DNA of 41,862 nucleotides from a virus (taxonomy: Duplodnaviria > Caudoviricetes), in IMG/VR virus record IMGVR_UViG_3300031910_000021, positions 1 to 41,862 of that record; one strand, written 5' to 3'. The notes under the pieces are model-generated. The model did not search any database. It worked only from the letters and a program-made list of their open reading frames with translations, and was not told where the DNA came from. This document shows positions 9,466 through 18,515 of the stretch, in pieces (position 1 is the first letter of the stretch; the number at the start of each line of letters is the position of its first letter). A program made the translations under genes and the position numbers.

Positions 9466-10482
9466 CTAGTTTGTCCAGGCTATTACTACACTTTGATCTG
9501 TTATCAAACCGAATCCCCAGATGGCATACCAACAAAGTGCATGTTCTCTACCGAAATCCAATACACCACCATCACGTAGCTCGACAGGCAACGCAATAGC
9601 ATGACCAAACGCATTGTCCCCCAGGTACATGGCCCCGTGGACGACGCCGGCATTGGTGACCGCGCCCATGCCTGGAGGCCCGGTGTTGATGGCGTACTGA
9701 CGAACCTGCGTAGTTTCAATGTATACTACGTCATTTAGACGACCGATCTCGCCTATCATGAAGTTTCCCGCACTGGCGTATTTCGTCATCTCGATGAACT
9801 CAGGGTTGTCACGCAGGCGGCGGGACTGGTGAGGGTCGATGAAGCAGACGTAGGTCTCACCGATCCTGGGGACGTTCTTGGTCGCCAGGGTCTCGACGGC
9901 GTCCTTGCTGACGTTCACCGACATGTAGAAGGTGCCGGCCAGGGCGCTGTAGTTCGCTGCCACGGTGCCAGCGTCGTAGGGCGACAGCGGTGTCCTGGTA
10001 GCGGTAGGAGCGGGAAGCTGGTAGCCGAAGATGGCGCTAGAGGCGGCGTACAGGGTGTCCCTGGCGCTGCCGTCCAGATACTTCGCCATGTTCCTGCCCA
10101 GGAGCCGCGAGGACGAGGCCATCACGTCATCGAAGCTGGCGTTCAGGAGCAACTCGCTCACGGCCACGGCGTAGCCCTGCTCAGCCACTGTGATGGCATA
10201 TTGTGATGCCGTAAGGGCTGCCGTCTGCATTCGTACACCTTCAACGAGTTGTGATGCATCTCCTAGGTTATTATATCTCATGAAGTTCACCTGGAGTCCA
10301 GGCTGAACGCCCAACTCGGTCTTTTTCACCGCAAACTGCTCATATCTGAGCACAGGCATGCTCTGGAACAGGATCTCCTTGCTCCAGATCACCTGGATGG
10401 CCGGCGAAAGCTGCGAGTTCGTCCCTGGGTAGCCCGTGGGGCTGGCACTCAGCAGCGGGGTTCCTGTGATGCTGGATGGCAC
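9466..10482 (-). CDS. Major capsid protein (N4-gp56 family)
   Basis: 338 aa after the scaffold; LRYEQFAVKKTEL...FMRYNNL...GEIGRL...DFGREHALCWY. Confidence 0.92.
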   Translation of the reverse strand: MPSSITGTPLLSASPTGYPGTNSQLSPAIQVIWSKEILFQSMPVLRYEQFAVKKTELGVQPGLQVNFMRYNNLGDASQLVEGVRMQTAALTASQYAITVAEQGYAVAVSELLLNASFDDVMASSSRLLGRNMAKYLDGSARDTLYAASSAIFGYQLPAPTATRTPLSPYDAGTVAANYSALAGTFYMSVNVSKDAVETLATKNVPRIGETYVCFIDPHQSRRLRDNPEFIEMTKYASAGNFMIGEIGRLNDVVYIETTQVRQYAINTGPPGMGAVTNAGVVHGAMYLGDNAFGHAIALPVELRDGGVLDFGREHALCWYAIWGFGLITDQSVVIAWTN

Positions 10483-10511
10483 TAGCCAACCTCCTTATTT
10501 CGGGTACTACC

Positions 10512-11315
10512 TCACTGTCCTCTACGACTAGCTGACGCTGCACGCAAGAGATCTTCTCGTTGAGAAGCGTAATCTTCCGCGGACATCGCCTTGAGTTCAT
10601 CTGCCGTATAGGTACGGCTTGTTTGACTGGATTCCATAGGACCGACTGGGGGCGCGGTTACGCCAACCATGGGACGACCGGCCTGGAGATTTCTCATGGC
10701 CTGGACGCTGTCACTTTTCATGTGTTCGGATTTTTGGACGAGCATGGCGATGGAAGAGTCGATCTCTTCCTTGCTGTTACCGCCCACGAGGTCACGAAGA
10801 ATGGGGACGATATTGTCGCCCTGCTCTGCCATGCGCTGAGCCATGTAGGTCTGGAGAGAGGCGTGATGACGCTCTTGCTCCAGGAGGGCAAAGGCTCTTT
10901 CCCTCTCCTGGCGCTCCTCCAGGAGGCGGGCCTCCCACTCCTCATCCTTCTTCTGGATGAGGTCGCGGAGTTCCATCTCTTCCTCTTCTTTTTTCTTCGC
11001 CACCCTGGCGGCATCCCGTTGGGTCTTGGCCTCCGCGGCCTGCCGGTCCTCCTCAGCCTTGCGGAACTGGGCCAGTTCATTTTCCAGGCCGTCCGCACGG
11101 GTCTGCTCTGCCAGCACCCGAGCACGCTCTTCCTGGCGGATGCGCTCGACATCCTCCTGGGTAAACGCCTGGGGCGGCTCTTCACTAGTGCGTTGGTTCC
11201 GATTGCCGCTGGTGGCCGGCGGCGGGGTGACCGGGACCGTGATGGTGTTGGGGTCAGGCGCGGGTGGATCGCCTTCAGGGGGCGCTGCGTTGGGGTCAGG
11301 TTCAACCGCGGTCAC
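10512..11315 (-). CDS. Capsid scaffolding protein
   Basis: Between portal and capsid; Pro-rich N-terminus, FTQEDVERIR coiled coil, C-terminal LKAMSAEDYA. Confidence 0.85.
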   Translation of the reverse strand: MTAVEPDPNAAPPEGDPPAPDPNTITVPVTPPPATSGNRNQRTSEEPPQAFTQEDVERIRQEERARVLAEQTRADGLENELAQFRKAEEDRQAAEAKTQRDAARVAKKKEEEEMELRDLIQKKDEEWEARLLEERQERERAFALLEQERHHASLQTYMAQRMAEQGDNIVPILRDLVGGNSKEEIDSSIAMLVQKSEHMKSDSVQAMRNLQAGRPMVGVTAPPVGPMESSQTSRTYTADELKAMSAEDYASQREDLLRAASASRRGQ

Positions 11316-13072
11316 GATTCATCCTCCTCTGGGAGTCGTCGTTGGGGGATCGTGGTGCCATGGGCCAAGGTCACGATCCGTTGGTACATCTTCGCCACGT
11401 CGGCGTTGTCTTTGAGGTCTAGACCAGGAGCCTGGGCGATCTTGGCGGCGGGAGCGGTGTTCACCTGGGGACCGCCGGCTGACTTGACACCACCGTTGCC
11501 GTTGCCCTTGCCACTGTTCCCCTGGGCGCTGGCCGGCGGGGGCGGCATGGGCTGAGGGCCTTCGGGGCTGACCATACCGGTCATGTTGGTGATGAGGGAG
11601 GCCACCTGGGCGCGCAGCATCTCCAGAGCAGCCTGTTGCTCCGCGTCGGCAACAAGCTCCTTGAAGAGTTCCTCCAGCTTCTCGTCGGGGAACTCCTCCC
11701 CCAGTTCCTCCAGGGCACCACGCTTGGACTCCAGACCCAGGGCCATCTTGACCTGTAGCTCGTTGAGCAGCACCAGCTTGTCCACCGGCAGCGGGGGCTG
11801 GAAGTGACAGGTGTTCTCGTAGCTCACCGGGTCCATGGGGTCCAGCATCGGAAGCGAGTCATCCCGCATGGGTGGGTCGAAGGTGTCGTTCCAGGTGAGG
11901 GTCTCAGGCTCCTTCATGAACATGGTCTTCAGCGCCAACCGGTTGATCTCTGCGATGCCCTCCCCGTACTGGGTGGACTTCAGCTTGAAGCGATTCATCA
12001 ACGGCTGGTACTGGATCGCCAGGGCCACGCCTGAGGTGTTGGAGATCGCTTGCTCCTCCCCAAGGGCCGTTTTAGGCACCCCGGTCATTTCGTGCATGGC
12101 GCTCTTGAGCACCTCTAGCAGCTTGATGGCCTGCTCGATGCCCCTTGGGTCGAAGAGCAAGTTCTCGACACGCGCATCCTTGTTCGGCACGCTCCACGTC
12201 TGATGTGTGCCCTTCTCCAGGTTGCTTGCTCTTGCCCCTATGACCACGGTTACCGGAGCGGCATGGTAGTTGACGATGTCGGCTATATCCGTAGCCGTTT
12301 CGTTGTACTGCCGGTTGAGCGGTGTGATGTCCTGTATGTCGGGCATGCCCCAGGGGGACGAGGCTATCGGCATGTTGCTGATGTGAACGATAGGGATCTC
12401 ACCCAGAGGGTTCTCCCTAGCGTCGATGAGTTCGTCATTGACGTACTCTTCGATCTGCTCTTCGGTCAATAGCTCCGTGTACGTGAAAACTTGACGGGTT
12501 CCCTCACTAGTTGTCCCCCAAAATCTGTACTTCAACTTAAAACGGATCAGGCGCTTCCTATCATGGGGATGCCATTCTGGAAATGCGAACGCGCTATTTA
12601 GAGGGAGGATGCGGACCCGTCCAGGGTGCGGCATTCCGGACGGGTCCACCCAGGGTTCTTCGTAAGCCACTTTGACGAAGCAGTCGCCAGTGACCGACCC
12701 CATACTCCCCATCTCCCAGAGCAAGGAATCCTTCTTGTTGTCCTTCTCCCAGATCCTCTGTAACCGCGTAGGTACAATGGCTGACGTAGCGTCAGGGGAG
12801 CGGAAAGACACGCCCTTACCGAAGACAAAGTTGGTCGTAAAATCGCTCAGAGCACGTACCCAGTTAAACGTAAGCTGTGGATCACCAAGGTCTGGGCGTT
12901 GCGCCCAGTGGTATCCCAGATAGAAGGCCCAGTTCATGGCATAACGATTGAGCCTGGGGCCATGCACCTCAAACTCTTCGTCAGCTAGCTCAACCAGCCC
13001 GAGCGGGGATATCTGGATCGTTAGATCACTGGATGCCGCTCTATAACTGGGAGACTGGAACTGGATTGACAT
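11312..13072 (-). CDS. Portal protein (SPP1 gp6-like)
   Basis: 586 aa; ENPLGEIPIVH, SNTSGVAL motifs; position upstream of scaffold and capsid. Confidence 0.9.
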   Translation of the reverse strand: MSIQFQSPSYRAASSDLTIQISPLGLVELADEEFEVHGPRLNRYAMNWAFYLGYHWAQRPDLGDPQLTFNWVRALSDFTTNFVFGKGVSFRSPDATSAIVPTRLQRIWEKDNKKDSLLWEMGSMGSVTGDCFVKVAYEEPWVDPSGMPHPGRVRILPLNSAFAFPEWHPHDRKRLIRFKLKYRFWGTTSEGTRQVFTYTELLTEEQIEEYVNDELIDARENPLGEIPIVHISNMPIASSPWGMPDIQDITPLNRQYNETATDIADIVNYHAAPVTVVIGARASNLEKGTHQTWSVPNKDARVENLLFDPRGIEQAIKLLEVLKSAMHEMTGVPKTALGEEQAISNTSGVALAIQYQPLMNRFKLKSTQYGEGIAEINRLALKTMFMKEPETLTWNDTFDPPMRDDSLPMLDPMDPVSYENTCHFQPPLPVDKLVLLNELQVKMALGLESKRGALEELGEEFPDEKLEELFKELVADAEQQAALEMLRAQVASLITNMTGMVSPEGPQPMPPPPASAQGNSGKGNGNGGVKSAGGPQVNTAPAAKIAQAPGLDLKDNADVAKMYQRIVTLAHGTTIPQRRLPEEDES

Positions 13073-13306
13073 TTACTTCTCTGTGACCGGGGAAGCCTGC
13101 TTGAGGTACTTCTCCTGGGTGATGGGTAGCCGGCGGCGCTGTTGCTGACGTAGTTGGCGGCGGGCGTCCTGCTTGGCAAGCTGCACTGTCTCAGACTGGG
13201 TGGCTATCGAGGCGTGTCGGGGCTTGACCCGGTTAGCGAGGACCGACGACGCCAGGATGGTAGGAGGCGGTGAACCGGCGAAGGGCTGGACACCAATGTC
13301 ACTCAT
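13073..13306 (-). CDS. Hypothetical protein
   Basis: MSDIGVQPF... from ATG 13306, abutting the portal start. Confidence 0.45.
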   Translation of the reverse strand: MSDIGVQPFAGSPPPTILASSVLANRVKPRHASIATQSETVQLAKQDARRQLRQQQRRRLPITQEKYLKQASPVTEK

Positions 13307-13511
13307 CGCCGGCACGGTGGGTGGGGTTACCGCGATACACACCGTCGATGGCCTGGCCCAGGTCACTCATTTTGGGAGCGCGACCACCTTCCCGCCTGGG
13401 GGAGGTCGACAGCGGGCTGGCGTGTGGATCACGCCGGTCGTTCCACAGCGTCTGCACGTCCATGTACTCGACGTTCACACCATGGGTTGGGTAGTCGTGT
13501 ACCTCTGCCAT
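13299..13511 (-). CDS. Hypothetical protein
   Basis: MAEVHDYPTHG... with TGATG coupling to the upstream gene. Confidence 0.45.
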   Translation of the reverse strand: MAEVHDYPTHGVNVEYMDVQTLWNDRRDPHASPLSTSPRREGGRAPKMSDLGQAIDGVYRGNPTHRAGDE

Positions 13512-14761
13512 CAGAACAAACTCCCTTGCTGGCCGTGTTGGGCCTCGTGCTGCCTGGCTTGCAGGATCGGGTTCACCATCGCTTCGTCGGGGGCCTTGGC
13601 CCCCTTCTTCTTGCTGCTGTAGGAGGTGATCTTCTGCTCGTACCAATGGACCGGTTGAGCCACATGGGAGGGCAGGCCCCGCTGCTGAGCCGCGGTCTTC
13701 AGGGCGTGAGAGAAGTAGAGGTTCATGGCGTCGATGCTCGCCCCAGGCTCAAAGGGATGCTCGACGTTGTGAACCTTGGTGTTGTGGCTACCGCTCATCA
13801 CATCGGCACGGGTGTCCTCACCGAAGTCCTTGATGCCGGCACCACCACGCCACTCGTGCCGGTCGATCACCGGGTTGGCGTCCACCACCCTGGGGAACTC
13901 CTGGGCATCTCCGTAGGTGCCGGCCTTCACCGCCCAGTCCGACGCAGCTACAGCACTGCGTACCGGGGCACCCCTCGATCTCGACTTGGTGGCACCGGCA
14001 CTCTCCCCCGGTACGTCGAGTGGGTGGACGCCAGATCCCTCGTTGTGGATGATCCTGGCTGCATTCCTGGCGGTGGTGTGGAACCCACCTGTGCCCACCG
14101 GGGGCGACTCGCCCTCAGGTTCTTTCACTGGATCTCGGAACTGATTGATGTCGGGGTTGTGTACCAACTGCTGAGCGATCCGACCCGTGCGGTTGAGGTC
14201 GGTGTCAGGGTCCGAGTTGTGACTCAAGGCAGCCCTGGCGTAGTGGACCGTCGAGGTGTTCAGCCCCAGGTGAGCAGCAAGCTGGCCGCTCCTACGCTGG
14301 TCAGTACCAGGCCCTCCGGTGTAGTAGTCCTGGCCGGTAGCGACGTTGGAACCGCGGTTGTGGGCGCGGATGTAAGCGTTGTCGAGATCGGCTCCGTAGT
14401 GATGGACGATGTCACCGAAGTGCAGCCCGAGCCTCTTGTGAACATCGGCCTCGACACCGGCCCGAACATGGTCAGGGAGGTCGTCCCAGGTCGCCTGGCG
14501 CTTCATGTCGATGGGAGTGTGTTGTTGGCCTAGATCCAACCTCCCCTGAGTGCGCTGCTTCTCCTGCATCGTGGCGTGGGTAGGGAAGTGCTCCTCCTGG
14601 GACCACTTGGGATCGAGCCAGCCGTGGGCCTGGTAGTCCTCTTGGGTGTACTGGCCTGGCTCCTTGTCGAAGCTGCCGGCACGAGCAGGCCGCGGCGTGC
14701 CAGTGCCCTGGGCCATAGCGGCCATCTCATGAGGGCCAGGAACGCTGGAGCGTTTGTTCAC
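13511..14761 (-). CDS. Hypothetical protein, possible HhH-GPD/DUF7178-like domain
   Basis: 416 aa; GQDYY...AALS...NAARII...K...PVIDRH...AAQQRGL...QPVHW layout recalled from DUF7178-type phage proteins; ends QQGSLF. Confidence 0.5.
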   Translation of the reverse strand: MNKRSSVPGPHEMAAMAQGTGTPRPARAGSFDKEPGQYTQEDYQAHGWLDPKWSQEEHFPTHATMQEKQRTQGRLDLGQQHTPIDMKRQATWDDLPDHVRAGVEADVHKRLGLHFGDIVHHYGADLDNAYIRAHNRGSNVATGQDYYTGGPGTDQRRSGQLAAHLGLNTSTVHYARAALSHNSDPDTDLNRTGRIAQQLVHNPDINQFRDPVKEPEGESPPVGTGGFHTTARNAARIIHNEGSGVHPLDVPGESAGATKSRSRGAPVRSAVAASDWAVKAGTYGDAQEFPRVVDANPVIDRHEWRGGAGIKDFGEDTRADVMSGSHNTKVHNVEHPFEPGASIDAMNLYFSHALKTAAQQRGLPSHVAQPVHWYEQKITSYSSKKKGAKAPDEAMVNPILQARQHEAQHGQQGSLF

Positions 14762-14961
14762 GACCCTCCCCAGGTGGAGTGTCGCCAGGCCCCCCTGCCA
14801 CGTACCACGTCAGCGCCACACTGCTTGCACTGGGCAGCTATCAGGCTCGTACCCCTGGGACCGGCCCTGACTGGACCCTGGGCCTCAGCCGCGTGACTGA
14901 CGGGAGCGGTGCGCCGGCCTTCTTGCCGGCGGTCAGGGAAGAGGTCTGGGCGAAGATCCAT
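14758..14961 (-). CDS. Small hypothetical protein (CxxC...WRH)
   Basis: TAATG coupling; CKQCG...WRH motif. Confidence 0.45.
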   Translation of the reverse strand: MDLRPDLFPDRRQEGRRTAPVSHAAEAQGPVRAGPRGTSLIAAQCKQCGADVVRGRGAWRHSTWGGS

Positions 14962-15152
14962 TACCAGTTGTGCCTCCCGCCCTTGGTGTTGGCGTACATG
15001 GCCGCGGCCTGGCCGAGTGTCCTGTCGCTCTGCTTCTCGTCCCAACCCACGTTCGGGTCATCGAGGGCGGTCTTGACCTCCTCTGGGTTGGCTCCGTAGT
15101 GCTGGACAGCATGGGTCAGGATGCGGACCTTCCGGCCCTCCTCCAGGGCCAT
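14961..15152 (-). CDS. Small hypothetical protein
   Basis: 63 aa, tightly packed in the operon. Confidence 0.5.
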   Translation of the reverse strand: MALEEGRKVRILTHAVQHYGANPEEVKTALDDPNVGWDEKQSDRTLGQAAAMYANTKGGRHNW

Positions 15153-15154
15153 GA

Positions 15155-15556
15155 TCAGTCGGTGACGACTTCGGGAGACCGCCTCTTCTGGATACCGCCC
15201 GAGCGGAACACCTCCTCGTAGCGGACCTCAGCCTGGTCAGTAAATGAGCCGTGGGCGAACTCACCCAGCATTGTGGGGGCGTCGATCCAGGCTGCCGAGC
15301 CGACGTGTGCCCGCTCCTGCATGGTCTCGTCGGGCATCTTGAACTGCACCTGAGGGTCGACGTGATTTATGCGGCCAGGGGCGCTGACCATGAACTCGAT
15401 CATGCCCCGCTGGAAGTCGGTGGGAATGTCGGTGTCAGTACTCAAACCCTCCTCGAATCGCAGCGGGCCGCGCCCACCTGGGGCGTTCGGCCCCATGGTC
15501 TCGTCGTAGGCGTACCGGCCGCGTTCGGGAAACTGCGGTTCGGGGGCCAAACTCAT
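15155..15556 (-). CDS. Conserved-looking virion hypothetical protein
   Basis: GGAGG RBS; GPLRFEEG..TDTDIP...ERAHVGSAAW; first gene after the late promoter at 15587. Confidence 0.65.
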   Translation of the reverse strand: MSLAPEPQFPERGRYAYDETMGPNAPGGRGPLRFEEGLSTDTDIPTDFQRGMIEFMVSAPGRINHVDPQVQFKMPDETMQERAHVGSAAWIDAPTMLGEFAHGSFTDQAEVRYEEVFRSGGIQKRRSPEVVTD

Positions 15557-15586
15557 CGGCTTTCCTCCCTCGTCGGGTTGTATCTC

Positions 15587-15594
15587 AGGCTAGG
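15587..15594 (-). promoter_or_regulatory. Putative late promoter -10 (CCTAGCCT)
   Basis: Same octamer as at 2109 and 17440; upstream of the head operon. Confidence 0.55.
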
Positions 15595-15702
15595 CTGTGC
15601 GGCACTTCCCCCCTAGACCACCCGACGGGCCATGCCTCGCCGTACCTCGTCGTGCCGAGCCAGTCCCCATCTCCCCTCACCAAACCGACGTACCAGGGTG
15701 AA

Positions 15703-15729
15703 CACGCCTCCAGCTAGCCTGGAGGCGTG
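15703..15729. terminator. Hairpin downstream of terL
   Basis: CACGCCTCCAG-ctagc-CTGGAGGCGTG, perfect 11-bp stem, no U-tract. Confidence 0.45.
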
Positions 15730-15793
15730 AGCGCGTCCGAGACCTGGGCACATAACACCTCGATGAACCGGGCCATCGGCTCCGACGCCGCGG

Positions 15794-17431
15794 CTAAGCC
15801 GGCTGTCGGCGCTGACGAGGACGAGCAGTCCTCGCCCGACGCGCCCCAGCCGCCCACGGGGTCGACTGGATCTCAACCTCAGGGACCATCAACACCTGGG
15901 ACATGATGGTGGCGCAGGACAGTGAATCGACGTAGTCGTCATGCACGCCGGCCTCGTTCGGGGCAGCTACCACGAGGTGAGCACCCTTGTAAGTCTTCTC
16001 CACATCCACCATCTGGGTTCGGAACCGACGCCAGGTCTTGGTCCGCTTGGCCCTGGGATGCGCCGGCCACGACAGCAAGCCCCGCTGGAGTAACTGCTGG
16101 AGGTGCTTCCACCTGGCACTTTGATCCTGGATCTGTGACGACAGTGGTTCCACCTGGATACGTGGCAGCAGTCGCTTCAGCCGATCAGCAGCTACGTCGC
16201 CAACTCCTTGAGCGTCAACGCCGCAGGCCACGATGGAGTAGTTGCTGAAGAAATCCACGATCCGCCAGTACTGATCCTCCCATTCTTCCCCGTGCATCTC
16301 CAGCCAGTTCAGGATGCGACAGTCGTATAGCCCCAGTTCGTCCGGTCGGTCCCAGTCTACGAAAAGCACCGTGACCACGGTGGAGTCCATGCGGCGGGCA
16401 AAATCTATGCCGGCCACCAGGGGAGAACGCCAGTAGCTCTGGACGATGGGCATGGTGGGGTCACCAAGCTCGTCCATACGAGTCTCTGTGACCAACATGC
16501 CCCGTTCCAGGAGCCACTCCAACCTGTAGTTGAGCCTGAACTCATCGCTGTCCTCCCCGATCCGCATGGCCTCACCGCGGATGTAGGCCGCGTAGTTCTT
16601 GTTGAACCGGGCGCAGTAGTGCCAGTCGAACCGGAAGTGGTTCTTCTTGCCACCCCGGCGTAGCTCCATGCGCCGGTTCATCTGGATGGTCTTGAAGAAG
16701 GCCCCTTTAATGATGTCAGGAGTGCCGGTCATGACCATGGTCGCCAAATAAAAGGCTCCCATCGGAGCGATGGATTTATTCAAAACGTACTCGTCCACCG
16801 ACTGGGATTCGTCTACAAAGATGACATGGTACGACTTGGACTCGATCTTGGCCCTGGGGTTGGCGGTCTGCATGGCGCAAAAGCTCTGGCATTTTTTCAA
16901 GCGGACCTTCCGCGACCCTGGGCGCACCACGTCATCGATCTCTGGGTCTTCCAGCATCTCCAGCGCCCGCTCTGAGGTCAGACGGTCCACCACACGTCCA
17001 AACAGAGTCTCAACCTGCTGCTCAACTGGAGCGAAGCAACCGACCATGACCCCCTTGCGGAACTTCGCGAGCATGCCCACGTCAGGGAACATCTCAGCTA
17101 ACCGCGGTAACAAGATCATCAGGCTGGCGGCGACGTTGGCGATGACCTCTGTCTTGCCGCTCTGGCGGGAGCATTCCCCAGTGATAGTGGCCCCATCTCC
17201 GCTGATGACGCTCTCGATGATGCGCCGGCCCAGGGTCTCCTGGTAGGGGAACATATCCACCCCGCTGAAGATGAGCGTGAACTCCCACACCTTGTCCACA
17301 AGGCGGTCCACAAACTGCTGGTCGTTGGGGTCCAGGACAGGCGGGGCGTACTGGGCCAGGTCGTCGGAGAGGCCATCCTCACCTGGCTCCAGGTCGTCTT
17401 CCCCCAGGGTGGGGTCATCCACGTAGGTCAT
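15794..17431 (-). CDS. terL: Terminase large subunit
   Basis: YQ motif, Walker A SRQSGKT, Walker B IFVDESQ, motif III TGT, nuclease AGIDFA and HDDYVDS. Confidence 0.95.
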   Translation of the reverse strand: MTYVDDPTLGEDDLEPGEDGLSDDLAQYAPPVLDPNDQQFVDRLVDKVWEFTLIFSGVDMFPYQETLGRRIIESVISGDGATITGECSRQSGKTEVIANVAASLMILLPRLAEMFPDVGMLAKFRKGVMVGCFAPVEQQVETLFGRVVDRLTSERALEMLEDPEIDDVVRPGSRKVRLKKCQSFCAMQTANPRAKIESKSYHVIFVDESQSVDEYVLNKSIAPMGAFYLATMVMTGTPDIIKGAFFKTIQMNRRMELRRGGKKNHFRFDWHYCARFNKNYAAYIRGEAMRIGEDSDEFRLNYRLEWLLERGMLVTETRMDELGDPTMPIVQSYWRSPLVAGIDFARRMDSTVVTVLFVDWDRPDELGLYDCRILNWLEMHGEEWEDQYWRIVDFFSNYSIVACGVDAQGVGDVAADRLKRLLPRIQVEPLSSQIQDQSARWKHLQQLLQRGLLSWPAHPRAKRTKTWRRFRTQMVDVEKTYKGAHLVVAAPNEAGVHDDYVDSLSCATIMSQVLMVPEVEIQSTPWAAGARRARTARPRQRRQPA

Positions 17432-17439
17432 CCCCAACC

Positions 17440-17702
17440 AGGCTAGGAGGGCCGCGGAACCTGTGGAAAACTCCCCCTTGCGGAGGGTCCGGAACTACGC
17501 TAGTGTTTTTTCCGGAGAAGGTACCCGGCGGGGGAAGTGCGTGTAAATGATCCGCGCCTCTAGTCGGTCGTAGGCGGCGCTGTAGAAAACAGCCTCCATT
17601 TGCAATCTTCGCCGGGGTAACGGCTTCACTCATGTAGTTACAAAGGCGCGCCCAAATCTCCGGAGATTCGGGCTTGACAGCCGCCTGGGGCGGGTGCAAA
17701 GT
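17440..17702. promoter_or_regulatory. Divergent control region between terL and the early arm
   Basis: CCTAGCCT (minus, 17440-17447); TTGACA-17 nt-CAAAGT (plus, 17674-17702); perfect palindrome AATCTCCGGAGATT at 17655-17668. Confidence 0.55.
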
Positions 17703-18515
17703 ACGGGGTTACCGCCCTGGCTCAGGCCGAGCGGGCTGGAATCGAGGAGGTGGAGGGTGGACAAAGGCTTGGTACCACCATGCCTGGAACTGGGTGACGG
17801 CCCCGAGCATGTGCTCCTGGCCTGGATGTCGAAGAAGGCTGGGAGCAGGGGTTTAGTGAAGCTGGACCCTGCCGGATTGATCGAGCAGGGTGCCAAGAGA
17901 GCCTTCCAGGATCATCACGCCACCAGGAGAACAGAGGCGGCGATGAGGCATCTCCTCGATGGTGACTACATCGAGAGGACCGACATCGGCTTTGAGATCT
18001 CGGACCCCTGTTCTTGTTGGAAGGGAGGTAATCCCCAAAACCCCCTCGCCGCCAGGCGACCCGTAGGTATCGTAATGCGCGGAGCGCATGGAGATGCCGA
18101 AGCACAGTTGTCTGGATTGGTGTCTCCTGTGTCTTCCCTGGGAGTTAAGTCGGAGTCTGTCCAAAATCCAGTCAGCCTCCTGGCGAGGGATTTTTTCCCC
18201 ACGGTTTTCTCAGGAGACATGCGGCCCCAGTTGAACTGGCAGGCCCTGGCAAGGGGCCTCAAGATCTGGAGGTCCGACCACAGCATCAGCCTCAACACCA
18301 TGAGGTTGATGATGGTGGAGTTTGGCCGGCATCCTGAGTGGTGGCGGCGATCAGACAAACCAGTCTGGGTGGTCTTCCTGGGCCGGCGTGACAAGTTGGC
18401 TGCCTTGGTGGAGAGTCGTCGGAAGCGCCATCCTGGCGACCGGAGGTACAGCGCCGGCCAGGGCCGTGACTACTGGCTTGGCCGTCACACCCCCCGTTCA
18501 TACTCCCCGGCATGA
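17694..18515 (+). CDS. Hypothetical protein (possible replication initiator); start uncertain
   Basis: First gene of the replication arm, ATGA-coupled to whiB, upstream of loader and helicase. Confidence 0.45.
   Translation: MQSTGLPPWLRPSGLESRRWRVDKGLVPPCLELGDGPEHVLLAWMSKKAGSRGLVKLDPAGLIEQGAKRAFQDHHATRRTEAAMRHLLDGDYIERTDIGFEISDPCSCWKGGNPQNPLAARRPVGIVMRGAHGDAEAQLSGLVSPVSSLGVKSESVQNPVSLLARDFFPTVFSGDMRPQLNWQALARGLKIWRSDHSISLNTMRLMMVEFGRHPEWWRRSDKPVWVVFLGRRDKLAALVESRRKRHPGDRRYSAGQGRDYWLGRHTPRSYSPA

Noticed and set aside
17549-17563. Ungapped concatenated NNs of unit 26294-26341 resemble ATCCGCGCC upstream of terL
   Set aside because: Only about 9 GC-rich bases match, which is expected by chance; the stronger matches all need the one-base skip.
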